Virus record (IMG/VR): IMGVR_UViG_3300017971_007904
Strand: one strand, 5' to 3'
DNA: 53,925 bases
DNA from: a virus
Lineage: Duplodnaviria; Heunggongvirae; Uroviricota; Caudoviricetes
Positions 35,708 through 43,651 of this stretch are shown here, in pieces (the stretch's first letter is position 1; each line of letters starts with the position of its first letter). The position numbers and the translations under genes are program-made. Under the pieces are notes generated by a model, which was given only the letters and a program-made list of their open reading frames with translations, was not told the DNA's origin and did not search any database.

Positions 35708-36250
35708 ATGGAAACTTATGTAGATAGTGTCGGTCATAAGCGAAAAGGCATCAAGGTGAGTTGTCACACTTGCCAAAAATCATTTCTAACTCGAAAAGAT
35801 CAAGCTGCTCGATATTGCTCTAGGAAATGTTTTCATAGTGCCCAACGACGTAGAGTGACACATAATTGTGCTTATTGTGGCAAATTATTTGAGCTACGGC
35901 AGTCACGTATCTCTAAGAGTGGTTTGCACTGCTGTTCTAAAAAGTGCAAGGATCGGGCTCAGCGTATAGGTGGTGTTACCAAAATGCTTCCAAGCCATTA
36001 CGGCACAGGGAGTAGTTCGGCTTCATATCGAGCCGAATACCATCGCTTGACGGGTCTGGAAAAATTGGCGTGTGGTCGCTGTGGTTACGATGAATTTGAA
36101 TGTGGTATTGATATACATCATTTAGACAGCGATAGGCAAAATAATAAGAAAGAAAATCTATTTGCCTTGTGTGCGCCATGCCACAGGGCCTTACATAATG
36201 GGTTGTGGCAGATAGAAAACGGGGGTGTAGCTCAACTGGGAGAGCGCTAG
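35708..36250 (+). CDS. HNH endonuclease with N-terminal zinc-finger repeats
   Basis: CHTC..YCSRKC; CAYC..CCSKKC; CGRCG...IHH...N...LCAPCHRALH. Confidence 0.85.
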   Translation: METYVDSVGHKRKGIKVSCHTCQKSFLTRKDQAARYCSRKCFHSAQRRRVTHNCAYCGKLFELRQSRISKSGLHCCSKKCKDRAQRIGGVTKMLPSHYGTGSSSASYRAEYHRLTGLEKLACGRCGYDEFECGIDIHHLDSDRQNNKKENLFALCAPCHRALHNGLWQIENGGVAQLGER

Positions 36251-36293
36251 TCTGGCAGACTAGAGGTTGCGGGATCGTACCCCGCCACCTCCA
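36221..36293 (+). tRNA. tRNA-Ala(GGC)
   Basis: G3-U70; T-loop AUCGUAC. Confidence 0.9.
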
Positions 36294-36369
36294 CCTTTCG
36301 ACCCTGTGTTGGAGGAGCCCACCACTTACGAGCCGGGTTCAAAGCTCGGTAGGGTCGGATACATATAGC

Positions 36370-36981
36370 ATGTTCGACAAAAAACGACGCCAAGAAGAAC
36401 TTCGGGACTGGCTCACAAACGATGAGGACTACCGTCGTTACGAGTACTCAGTATCTAGGAAGCCCATCTTCTTTGATTTGGGCGCATTCAAGGGACAGTG
36501 GTCTCGACGAATGGTTCGTAAGTACGGCGGCGTCTCGCACATGTTTGAGATTCAGCCACCGTTAATTGGTCGGCTTAAACGAAGATTTCGTCCTCCGCAC
36601 TTCTTTGTCCACCCTTTCGGTTTAGCAGACAAAAACCTGCGAACCGAGGCCATGCTGTCACACAGGCCGGATGCATGTAGCGTATTTGGGTGTGGCTGTG
36701 GGTCACGCATCAAGGTGAGACTTCTTCGTATGGCGGATTGGGTGAGGTCGGATATCGATGTTTGTAAGATCAACATCGAGGGGGCTGAGTACGATTTACT
36801 GGAACACATGCTTGAAGAAGATGTAGTTGGTCTTTGCGAAAACATTCAAGTCCAGTATCATTGGCAGTATGACGTTCCTGACTTTGATAATCGGCGACGG
36901 AAGATCAGAGAGGCTTTGAGCCAGACACATGAATTGACCTACGACTACTACTACGTCTGGGAGAACTGGAGGAAGAGATGA
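36370..36981 (+). CDS. FkbM family methyltransferase
   Basis: FFDLGAFKGQW; IDVCKINIEGAEYDLL; IQVQYH. Confidence 0.9.
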   Translation: MFDKKRRQEELRDWLTNDEDYRRYEYSVSRKPIFFDLGAFKGQWSRRMVRKYGGVSHMFEIQPPLIGRLKRRFRPPHFFVHPFGLADKNLRTEAMLSHRPDACSVFGCGCGSRIKVRLLRMADWVRSDIDVCKINIEGAEYDLLEHMLEEDVVGLCENIQVQYHWQYDVPDFDNRRRKIREALSQTHELTYDYYYVWENWRKR

Positions 36982-37238
36982 TTTGTGAGCTTTGCGAGCG
37001 ATACATCGCTTCTTCTTTCCATCATTTTATCCCAAAAACGGTCCATTCCAATAAATGGTTCAAGAAACGCTTCTCCCGTGCCGATATGAGTGAGGGGATC
37101 GATGTTTGTCGGGATTGCCATCATGCGATTCACGATACGATCCCAAAAGAAAAGGACCTCGCCAGGGACTTCAATACGATTGGGAAATTGAAGAATCACC
37201 CTCAATTACGGAAATACCTGAAGTGGAGGAAGAGATGA
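36978..37238 (+). CDS. Small HNH-family protein
   Basis: CELCER...HHFIPK...VCRDCHHAIH. Confidence 0.8.
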   Translation: MICELCERYIASSFHHFIPKTVHSNKWFKKRFSRADMSEGIDVCRDCHHAIHDTIPKEKDLARDFNTIGKLKNHPQLRKYLKWRKR

Positions 37239-37408
37239 AGATAACTTTTGAGGTAACGTCCGAAGAAGCGAAATGGCTGAAAAGCGATTTGGGACTTTTG
37301 AGTGAGATGGCGCATGACGGCGAATACGATGAAGATGGCAAGCGTGAATCGCTATACGCCAGACTTCACTTATTAGTCTGGAAGCAGATGAAGGAAGAAG
37401 ATGCCTAG
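37235..37408 (+). CDS. Hypothetical protein
   Basis: Coupled ORF, GGAGG SD. Confidence 0.55.
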   Translation: MKITFEVTSEEAKWLKSDLGLLSEMAHDGEYDEDGKRESLYARLHLLVWKQMKEEDA

Positions 37409-37625
37409 TCCCAGAAAGAACAAGAGAAGCATCTTGACCAGGGAACAGTTGGAGGCGCTTACAACGCCAAGACTGCTCGCTTATCGCAACTCATTACTTC
37501 GGAATTACGAAGATGAAGGGTGGGGTGATCCTCCTGAATGGCATAAGCAACATCCGGAGTGGAAGGCCCACTACGCAATGGTCAAAGAGATTTTGGCCGA
37601 AAGGCCCCATGTGGAGAAGAAGTGA
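37401..37625 (+). CDS. Hypothetical protein
   Basis: Coupled ORF. Confidence 0.6.
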   Translation: MPSPRKNKRSILTREQLEALTTPRLLAYRNSLLRNYEDEGWGDPPEWHKQHPEWKAHYAMVKEILAERPHVEKK

Positions 37626-37785
37626 CATGTTCTACCTGAAGCTTTTGCTCATCGTAGCGGTATTTGGCTTGTGCTTCTTTTATCGTAAGGAGCATGTGTA
37701 CAACAAACCAAGTTATCGAAAACGTAGAAAATAAGCGGCCCTATATAAGAAGATTCAATTCTCAAAAAATCGAAAGGAGAATGAC

Positions 37786-37989
37786 ATGCCTGGACGTGAC
37801 AAAACGGGTCCTGATGGAAAAGGACAAGGTACTGGGAGAGGGATGGGAGCTTGCGGCGGCGGAAAAGCTTATGGTCGAGGCCAAGGCAAGCGTTGCGGCC
37901 AAGGCCGTGGCCGTGGCCGTGGCCGTGGTTGCCAACAAGTTCCGGATCAAGATGATAAGAAGGACGACGCAAAAAACGACAAAACTTGA
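37786..37989 (+). CDS. DUF5320-like Gly/Arg-rich protein
   Basis: MPGRDKTGPDGKGQGTGRGMGAC...GRGRGRG. Confidence 0.75.
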   Translation: MPGRDKTGPDGKGQGTGRGMGACGGGKAYGRGQGKRCGQGRGRGRGRGCQQVPDQDDKKDDAKNDKT

Positions 37990-38019
37990 TCCAACCGTTA
38001 CAAAACACTGATCTGCTTG

Positions 38020-38085
38020 TTGGAGCGGGTCATGACGTGTGAGAGGAATGCTGGTTGGAATACATTTCTACCCCCGCTTGCCAGA
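38020..38085 (+). ncRNA. Small structured RNA carrying the shared AATGC..GGAATACATT hairpin
   Basis: agcggg/cccgct closing stem; aggaatg/catttct hairpin. Confidence 0.35.
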
Positions 38086-38093
38086 AATTTTAC

Positions 38094-38165
38094 GGGGGTA
38101 TGGTGTAATGGCGCACGCCCGGTTTCCAACACTGGGAGGAGCGGGTTCGATTCCCGTACTTAATG
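38094..38165 (+). pseudogene. Degenerate tRNA-Gly(UCC)
   Basis: D- and T-arms intact; 9-nt anticodon loop; acceptor only partly paired. Confidence 0.55.
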
Positions 38166-38200
38166 ATCTAGTCATACTTTTGTCCTCATATCACACGTAT

Positions 38201-38272
38201 TGCCTGATGGTGTAATTGGTAGCACGCATGGTTCTGGCCCATGAAGTTGGGGTTCAAATCCTCATCGGGCAG
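38201..38272 (+). tRNA. tRNA-Gln(CUG)
   Basis: Cloverleaf. Confidence 0.93.
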
Positions 38273-38285
38273 CTTGGAGGTAGTG

Positions 38286-38489
38286 ATGACATACGAAGAA
38301 GCTAAAAGGCGTTGCCACGTCCGGTCGGCCATCCGTAGGAAGGGCCAACCGGACATTCTGTACTGGAAGAACCATCCGGTTCCACTAGACGTGCGAGTAC
38401 CAGACATTCAGAAGATCGCTAACGATTGGGAAGAGTACGATCCTCGTGAAGAGCCAGGGTGCTCTGCGTATGAGGAGACACCAGCATGA
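38286..38489 (+). CDS. Hypothetical protein
   Basis: GGAGGT SD. Confidence 0.6.
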   Translation: MTYEEAKRRCHVRSAIRRKGQPDILYWKNHPVPLDVRVPDIQKIANDWEEYDPREEPGCSAYEETPA

Positions 38490-38761
38490 ACATCAATCAT
38501 CTCGAAGGGTACTTCAGTAGCCCAGAAGATGACCTTAGTGCAGCAATTACATCGCCGATGTTTCGGTGCGATGTGTGCAAGGCTGAGGTGCCGGATGCCC
38601 TTTGTTTGGCGGGCCATATAGGTCGCCACGGGTTTCGGATGCACCACTGCCAGCATCATACATACGAAGAGGTTTTGGAAACGATTCGCCAGATACCCAT
38701 TCAGAACAAAGGGTGGCTAGAAGGTGGAGAGCGTATGCCATCTCGCATGGAAGTAGGATGA
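38486..38761 (+). CDS. Hypothetical protein with CxxC/HxC residues
   Basis: ATGA overlap. Confidence 0.55.
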   Translation: MNINHLEGYFSSPEDDLSAAITSPMFRCDVCKAEVPDALCLAGHIGRHGFRMHHCQHHTYEEVLETIRQIPIQNKGWLEGGERMPSRMEVG

Positions 38762-38794
38762 ACTGGCATGGCGGGGTATTGAGTCTCCGCACAC

Positions 38795-38868
38795 AGGCGA
38801 TTAGCTCAGTTGGCTAGAGCGCCACGTTTACACCGTGGATGTCAGGGGTTCGAGTCCCTTATCGCCTA
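38795..38868 (+). tRNA. tRNA-Val(UAC)
   Basis: Cloverleaf. Confidence 0.95.
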
Positions 38869-39089
38869 CTATGACGGATATCGACAAAAATGTTCTCAAG
38901 AGTTTTGTGTGGGCAAGTCTTTATCTTCTCACGCTTTTGGGACTTGCTATTTGGATACTGAAGTGAAACGGAAAAACACCTTCAAAGTTGTGATAGGTGG
39001 TATTTTCGGTTTCCTTACCCAGTGTCTATTTTTCGTCTTGGCTTTGATTATTGTGATAGTACTTTGGATCACATCATCAGAAGATTAAC

Positions 39090-39162
39090 GGGGTCGTAGC
39101 TCAACTGGGAGAGCGCCTGCCTTGCACGCAGGAGGTTGCCGGATCGTTCCCGGTCGACTCCA
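39090..39162 (+). tRNA. tRNA-Ala(UGC)
   Basis: G3-U70; T-loop AUCGUUC. Confidence 0.9.
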
Positions 39163-39166
39163 CTTC

Positions 39167-39238
39167 GGGCCGTTAGCTCAGTGAGAGAGCGCCACGCTCG
39201 CATCGTGGAGGCCGTGGGTTTGAATCCCACACGGTCCA
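39167..39238 (+). tRNA. tRNA-Ala(CGC)
   Basis: G3-U70; T-loop UUUGAAU. Confidence 0.88.
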
Positions 39239-39243
39239 CTTTA

Positions 39244-39316
39244 GCCCTCGTAGCTCAGGGGACAGAGCACAAGTTTCCTAAACTTGGTGTCGCAGGTTCG
39301 ATTCCTGCCGGGGGTA
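39244..39316 (+). tRNA. tRNA-Arg(CCU)
   Basis: Cloverleaf. Confidence 0.95.
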
Positions 39317-39643
39317 CTAACTTCGTACCGTGAAGACGGGCTCACCAGCAATAACTGGTCCGTCATAGAAGTACTCACCAGGGTTATACGCCTCAAACAG
39401 TTGATCGGCGGGGACTCTGGCTCGTAGGACGTGGGCGTCTTCGCCTTCGACGGCAGCGACGTGTGCTGCGTGATCTTTGGCGAACTTGTAGCTCAGGGTC
39501 ACATAGTCCATTGGTTTGAAACTAGCTTCAGTGGCTACAGCGCCACGATAGATTGAGGCATTCCTGCCTTGATATTGGGGATCGACTTCAGGTAGTGGTC
39601 TACCTTTTTGTCGGCTCATTTCTAACCATTGCTTGAACTGCAT
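39317..39643 (-). CDS. Capsid-targeted ADP-ribosyltransferase-like protein
   Basis: MQFKQWLEM; IYRG...DYVTLSYKFAKDH...EYFY; start 4 nt after TAGATA. Confidence 0.65.
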   Translation of the reverse strand: MQFKQWLEMSRQKGRPLPEVDPQYQGRNASIYRGAVATEASFKPMDYVTLSYKFAKDHAAHVAAVEGEDAHVLRARVPADQLFEAYNPGEYFYDGPVIAGEPVFTVRS

Positions 39644-39657
39644 GGTTTATCTATTAC

Positions 39658-39752
39658 GGGGGTGCGCCTTTTGGGGCGTCGTTTCTGCATCCTTTGTCGA
39701 GCAATCGAATGCAAGCGGGAATTACATTAAAGTTCGATTCTTTACACCTCCA
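39658..39752 (+). ncRNA. Aberrant tRNA-like RNA
   Basis: gggggtg/cacctcc acceptor plus A; T-arm taaag-ttcgatt-cttta; no standard anticodon loop; carries the shared GGAATTACATT motif. Confidence 0.5.
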
Positions 39753-39766
39753 CTCGTAACTAAGGC

Positions 39767-40513
39767 ATGATACCAAATGCCTTTCACTTCGTCTTCTTCG
39801 GTAATCGAAAGTATGACTTTGGGTTGCTAGAGTATCTGGCCATCAAATCCGCCCAGGACGTAAACCGTCCTGAGCGGATTTACTTCCATACCAATCGTGA
39901 ACCTGATACGATCTGGTGGGACCGCATCAAAGAACATGTGACGGTAGTCCCTACTGACGTACCCACTCACATCTTTGGTAAGGAACTTTTCTGTTGGCAA
40001 CACCGGTCTGATATCACTCGGTTGCAGAAGTTGTATCGGCACGGTGGCATTTACATGGACTTCGATACGTTGTGTCTACGTCCATTCACCGACCTTCTTC
40101 ACCACCCGTGTGTTCTTGGTCGGTGGTATGGAAAGCAAGAGGCGGTATTCAATGCGGTAATCTTATGTGAACCACAGTCCAAGTTCATTAGATTGTGGTA
40201 CAACACATACCGCATGTTCTCACCACACGAGTACACAGAGCAATCATCAAAGGTTCCCACCCGGCTGATTCGAGATGCCCGTGTGAAACCTCACATTCAC
40301 ACGCTGGAACCGGGTTTGATCTTTTGTGCGAAAACTGAGAAGCTCCGTTTGTTATTTGATTCACCAAAGACCGATTTGCTAGATGACGCCTACTGTATTC
40401 ACTACAACCGCACATTGAATAAGGACGGCTTCTTGGCTCAGGTTGACGAGGAATACATCCGCACGGCGGACACCGTTTTCGCCAAAATAGCGAGGAAACA
40501 CCTCGGGCAGTAG
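39767..40513 (+). CDS. Glycosyltransferase family 32 (DXD sugar-binding)
   Basis: HRSDITRLQKLYRHGGIYMDFD; FNAVI. Confidence 0.9.
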   Translation: MIPNAFHFVFFGNRKYDFGLLEYLAIKSAQDVNRPERIYFHTNREPDTIWWDRIKEHVTVVPTDVPTHIFGKELFCWQHRSDITRLQKLYRHGGIYMDFDTLCLRPFTDLLHHPCVLGRWYGKQEAVFNAVILCEPQSKFIRLWYNTYRMFSPHEYTEQSSKVPTRLIRDARVKPHIHTLEPGLIFCAKTEKLRLLFDSPKTDLLDDAYCIHYNRTLNKDGFLAQVDEEYIRTADTVFAKIARKHLGQ

Positions 40514-40577
40514 CTCAGCCTGGAAGAGCGTCCGGTTCGGGGCCGGAAGGTCGCTGGTTCAATTCCAGTCTGCCCGA
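40504..40577 (+). tRNA. tRNA-Pro(CGG)
   Basis: Cloverleaf. Confidence 0.93.
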
Positions 40578-40622
40578 CTTTGACTTAGACTTAGAAATGT
40601 CGCTGTGGTATGATATTTTGGC

Positions 40623-40650
40623 TCAAGATTTCGACGGGTTTTGTCGATTT
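40623..40650 (+). promoter_or_regulatory. Sigma-28-like promoter candidate
   Basis: TCAAGATT-N12-GTCGATTT. Confidence 0.45.
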
Positions 40651-40671
40651 ACAGAATAAAGGAGAGATTTC

Positions 40672-41277
40672 ATGCCATGGTTAGAGCAGAAAACGTATGA
40701 CATCGAGAGGGACCTGGGTGAGTGCATTGCCAGCGATCTTTCCGTGGACGCCCTGGTTCAGATGGTGATACAGCATAGCAACAAGGACATGTCCTTTTTC
40801 CCGTCATGCTTCGGTTTCCATTGGGGTAAGCGCAATGAATCCAGAGACCGTGGGCTCCTGCGGTGCGAACATATCGATTACCCACTAAAGGAATTGTTTG
40901 AGCAGATTTGCTCAGTGGGCGTCAAACTTGATCAGATCGATGCCATCGTGGGTTTTGGCTCTGCTTTTCGTGGTGCCAAGAATCCTGATGATTTGGATAT
41001 CATGGTTGTGACTAATGCCCACGAGGGATTGTATCATCTCACCCTACCGGAGATGGATATACGCAATGGCGGTTACGGCAGTTGGTGGGGTGTCGTCACT
41101 CGGAAACATGCTTTGCATCTGTTCGTTTCCTCGGGGATAAAGTTTCACGAGGCGTTGGAAGCGGGCGAGAGTGAACCTAAGAACATCATTAGAGAAGGAG
41201 TTTTGATATACGGGCAGTTCGGTACCCCTCGGGAAGCCGTTTGGTACGGGAAGAATTACATGTGTGACTGCCGGTAA
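40672..41277 (+). CDS. Nucleotidyltransferase domain protein (Pol-beta superfamily)
   Basis: IVGFGSAFRG...PDDLDIMVV. Confidence 0.75.
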   Translation: MPWLEQKTYDIERDLGECIASDLSVDALVQMVIQHSNKDMSFFPSCFGFHWGKRNESRDRGLLRCEHIDYPLKELFEQICSVGVKLDQIDAIVGFGSAFRGAKNPDDLDIMVVTNAHEGLYHLTLPEMDIRNGGYGSWWGVVTRKHALHLFVSSGIKFHEALEAGESEPKNIIREGVLIYGQFGTPREAVWYGKNYMCDCR

Positions 41278-41304
41278 ATGGAGGAACAAACTAAATTAGA
41301 GTAT

Positions 41305-41378
41305 CAGTGTGTAGCTCAGTCGGGTAGAGCGCTAGGTCGGGGGCCTAGAGGCCGGTGGTTCAAATCCACTCACACTGA
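41305..41378 (+). tRNA. tRNA-Pro(GGG)
   Basis: Cloverleaf; C at position 33. Confidence 0.88.
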
Positions 41379-41484
41379 CTTTGGCCTGATCGGGTTCCAA
41401 CCCCGACTTGCCACTGTGTAAGGTGCGCTCCGTAAAGGGGGGATTCATAGGTACCAAGACGCCGGGTACCTCCCCAGCACCGTC

Positions 41485-41558
41485 GCCGACGTAGCTTCAA
41501 CTGGTAGAGCACCTGTTTCGTAAACAGGGGGTTGTGGGTTCAAGTCCCACCGTTGGCT
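41485..41558 (+). tRNA. tRNA-Thr(CGU)
   Basis: Cloverleaf. Confidence 0.93.
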
Positions 41559-41567
41559 TTTGGAGGA

Positions 41568-41741
41568 ATGATGCACGATAGTTATCAACAAGCACTAGAG
41601 AACGAGAGGTACGTGAAGAGTAAGTCGGGGTCTGGCAAAGGTGATCGGCCTCGCAAGATCAACCACAAGCGTTATCGTGAGAGTTGGGAGCGTATCTTCG
41701 GGAAGAAGAAAGAAGATGAAGAGGACAAAGACAAAGGGTGA
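41568..41741 (+). CDS. Small basic hypothetical protein
   Basis: GGAGG SD; GKGDRPRKINHKRYRESWERIFG, of a kind often seen in phages. Confidence 0.65.
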   Translation: MMHDSYQQALENERYVKSKSGSGKGDRPRKINHKRYRESWERIFGKKKEDEEDKDKG

Positions 41742-41892
41742 GTACCGTTGCTCGAAGCATGGGGCGGTTGAGTTGCATACCATTGTCGAGATAGACGAAT
41801 GGGGTTTGGCTCACGGTTTGAGTGTGTGCCCCAAATGCGGACGACCAACATTGTATTCGACGCCATCGGTGATTGAGGAGAAGAATGGGTAA
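41716..41892 (+). CDS. Small zinc-ribbon-like protein
   Basis: CSKH...CPKC. Confidence 0.5.
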   Translation: MKRTKTKGEYRCSKHGAVELHTIVEIDEWGLAHGLSVCPKCGRPTLYSTPSVIEEKNG

Positions 41893-42124
41893 GAAGCGAT
41901 TTTCGGTAGACAAGGCTGAATGGAGTGCGGAGAGAGAGGAGTTCTACAGGGAACATTGTGAGGATATCGCTTACCAATCCGGATCGGTGGTAGTCGAGCG
42001 AGACGGCAAGGTTTACATTGACGGAGACGTGTTGAGTGAAGGAAAGAGGAAGTGGTACCAAGCGTGGTTGAAGTTCAAAGGCTTACCCGACCTTGGTTAC
42101 ACAGGGAAGTACCTATATCATTAA
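41885..42124 (+). CDS. Hypothetical protein
   Basis: GAGGAG SD. Confidence 0.6.
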   Translation: MGKKRFSVDKAEWSAEREEFYREHCEDIAYQSGSVVVERDGKVYIDGDVLSEGKRKWYQAWLKFKGLPDLGYTGKYLYH

Positions 42125-42249
42125 CGAAGGGGAGTTGTCATGCCTTGGTGGGGATGGTTGATTATGGGAATCGTTGTCGGCGGTTTTGTTGTCGGCGGTT
42201 TGGTAGCAACTTGGTTCATTGCTACGTTAGCTAGCATATTTACGAGATA

Positions 42250-42323
42250 GGGCCGGTAGCTCAGTTGGGAGAGCGCCACGTTGACATCGTGGAGGTTCAC
42301 AGGTTCGAGCCCTGTTCGGCCCA
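42250..42323 (+). tRNA. tRNA-Val(GAC)
   Basis: Cloverleaf. Confidence 0.93.
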
Positions 42324-42336
42324 CTTGGAGGAAGAG

Positions 42337-42528
42337 ATGCGAATTGAAACTGTTTGGATAGTATCAGCCGTTTTTTGGGCGACCGCAGCAGCGGTCGTTT
42401 TCGGGGTGTCAATTTACTACCAGAAGTGGTTGTGGATAGTGTTATCGGGGATGTACTTGTTCCTCTATCTACCATGCCAGTTCATGCGGTTTCGGGAAAT
42501 CGTGAAAGAGAAGGAGGGGGGCGATTAG
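42337..42528 (+). CDS. Small membrane protein
   Basis: GGAGG SD; two hydrophobic helices. Confidence 0.65.
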   Translation: MRIETVWIVSAVFWATAAAVVFGVSIYYQKWLWIVLSGMYLFLYLPCQFMRFREIVKEKEGGD

Positions 42529-42592
42529 CTCAGGCGGTTAGAGCGCTATCTTCACACGGTAGAGGCCATTGGTTCGAGCCCAATATTGCCCA
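42519..42592 (+). tRNA. tRNA-Val(CAC)
   Basis: Cloverleaf. Confidence 0.92.
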
Positions 42593-42714
42593 CTCATAAC
42601 GGGTTAGTTCAAACGCTTAGAACGCTGTGCAGATTGTGGAGGCTTTGTCACCCCCACTCGCTGAAGATCATAGCCGGAAATGTTGGTTGGAGCCCAGCAC
42701 CCGTTACTTACACA

Positions 42715-43311
42715 ATGAAGATCACAGTCGTAACAGGATTTGACAAAGGGTACAGTTCGCTTGGCGAGTTCACCGCTGAGCGAAACATGAAGTATGCTCG
42801 TGAACATGGTTACGACTTTGCCATGTATCAGCGCCGCTGGAGTCAGCGGCCACCATCATGGGACAAGATACTTTTTGCACAACAACAGTTACGGTACTGC
42901 GATTGGTTGTTTTGGATTGATGCTGACGCCATTGCGACTCGACCTATTGACGATTTGGTGGAGCATCACAAGTTTTTGGTGGTAGGATCGAACCGGAGGG
43001 ACCGTTTGAACTTTGGCATGTTCCTTTTGAGGAACTGTCGTTTGAGTTATCAGTTCCTGAAGGACGTATGGGGACAGGTGCAGTTCATTGATCATTTTGT
43101 ATGGGAGCAGCGAGCCGTCGCTCACATTACAGACATTTACCGGGAGAAGAAGAGGAAGAAGAATCCTTACTACAAAGCCATGAAGCTTTTGCCGTATGGT
43201 GAACTGTGGTGCCATCCTGGTGATCTTGTTGGTGGTGCCCGTGCGGTCCATGCCGCCAACTGCGAGTCGATTGAGAATAGACGTAAACTTTTGGGAGAGT
43301 TGTTTGATTAG
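42715..43311 (+). CDS. Glycosyltransferase family 34 (GMA12/MNN10-like)
   Basis: YAREHGYDF; WDKI; WLFWIDADA; NFGMFLLRN; WEQRA. Confidence 0.88.
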   Translation: MKITVVTGFDKGYSSLGEFTAERNMKYAREHGYDFAMYQRRWSQRPPSWDKILFAQQQLRYCDWLFWIDADAIATRPIDDLVEHHKFLVVGSNRRDRLNFGMFLLRNCRLSYQFLKDVWGQVQFIDHFVWEQRAVAHITDIYREKKRKKNPYYKAMKLLPYGELWCHPGDLVGGARAVHAANCESIENRRKLLGELFD

Positions 43312-43383
43312 CCGCCATAGCTCAGACGGAAGAGCGTATCCCCGGTAAGGATAAGGTCGTGAGTTCGATTCTCACTGGCGGCT
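43311..43383 (+). tRNA. tRNA-Thr(GGU)
   Basis: Cloverleaf; C at position 33. Confidence 0.9.
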
Positions 43384-43396
43384 CTTGGAGGATGAG

Positions 43397-43651
43397 ATGG
43401 ACGAATTTTTGAAAGTGCTCGACAAGTTGAAGGAACCGAAGTTGTTTGGTCTCGTTGTTGTCGCCATGATTTGTTTAACGGTAATGTTCGTGAGTTGTTG
43501 TACACTGTGTTCGATGGGAGATAAGTATAGGTACCAGTGGCTCGAAGAACGTGATAAGGCTTTACACAACAACTTTTGGGACGAAAAGGAGAAACCCGAT
43601 GTCGACACAAAAGAAGATCACTCAGCTAGTCCGTGGGACACTAGACCTTGA
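43397..43651 (+). CDS. Small membrane protein
   Basis: GGAGG SD; one hydrophobic helix. Confidence 0.55.
   Translation: MDEFLKVLDKLKEPKLFGLVVVAMICLTVMFVSCCTLCSMGDKYRYQWLEERDKALHNNFWDEKEKPDVDTKEDHSASPWDTRP

Noticed and set aside
36300-36357. 57-nt mini tRNA-like hairpin (gaccct/agggtc with a ggttcaaa loop)
   Set aside because: No anticodon or D arm and a poor T-arm register; too weak to call
37901-37928. Tandem GGCCGT repeats
   Set aside because: Explained by Gly-Arg repeats of the DUF5320-like protein
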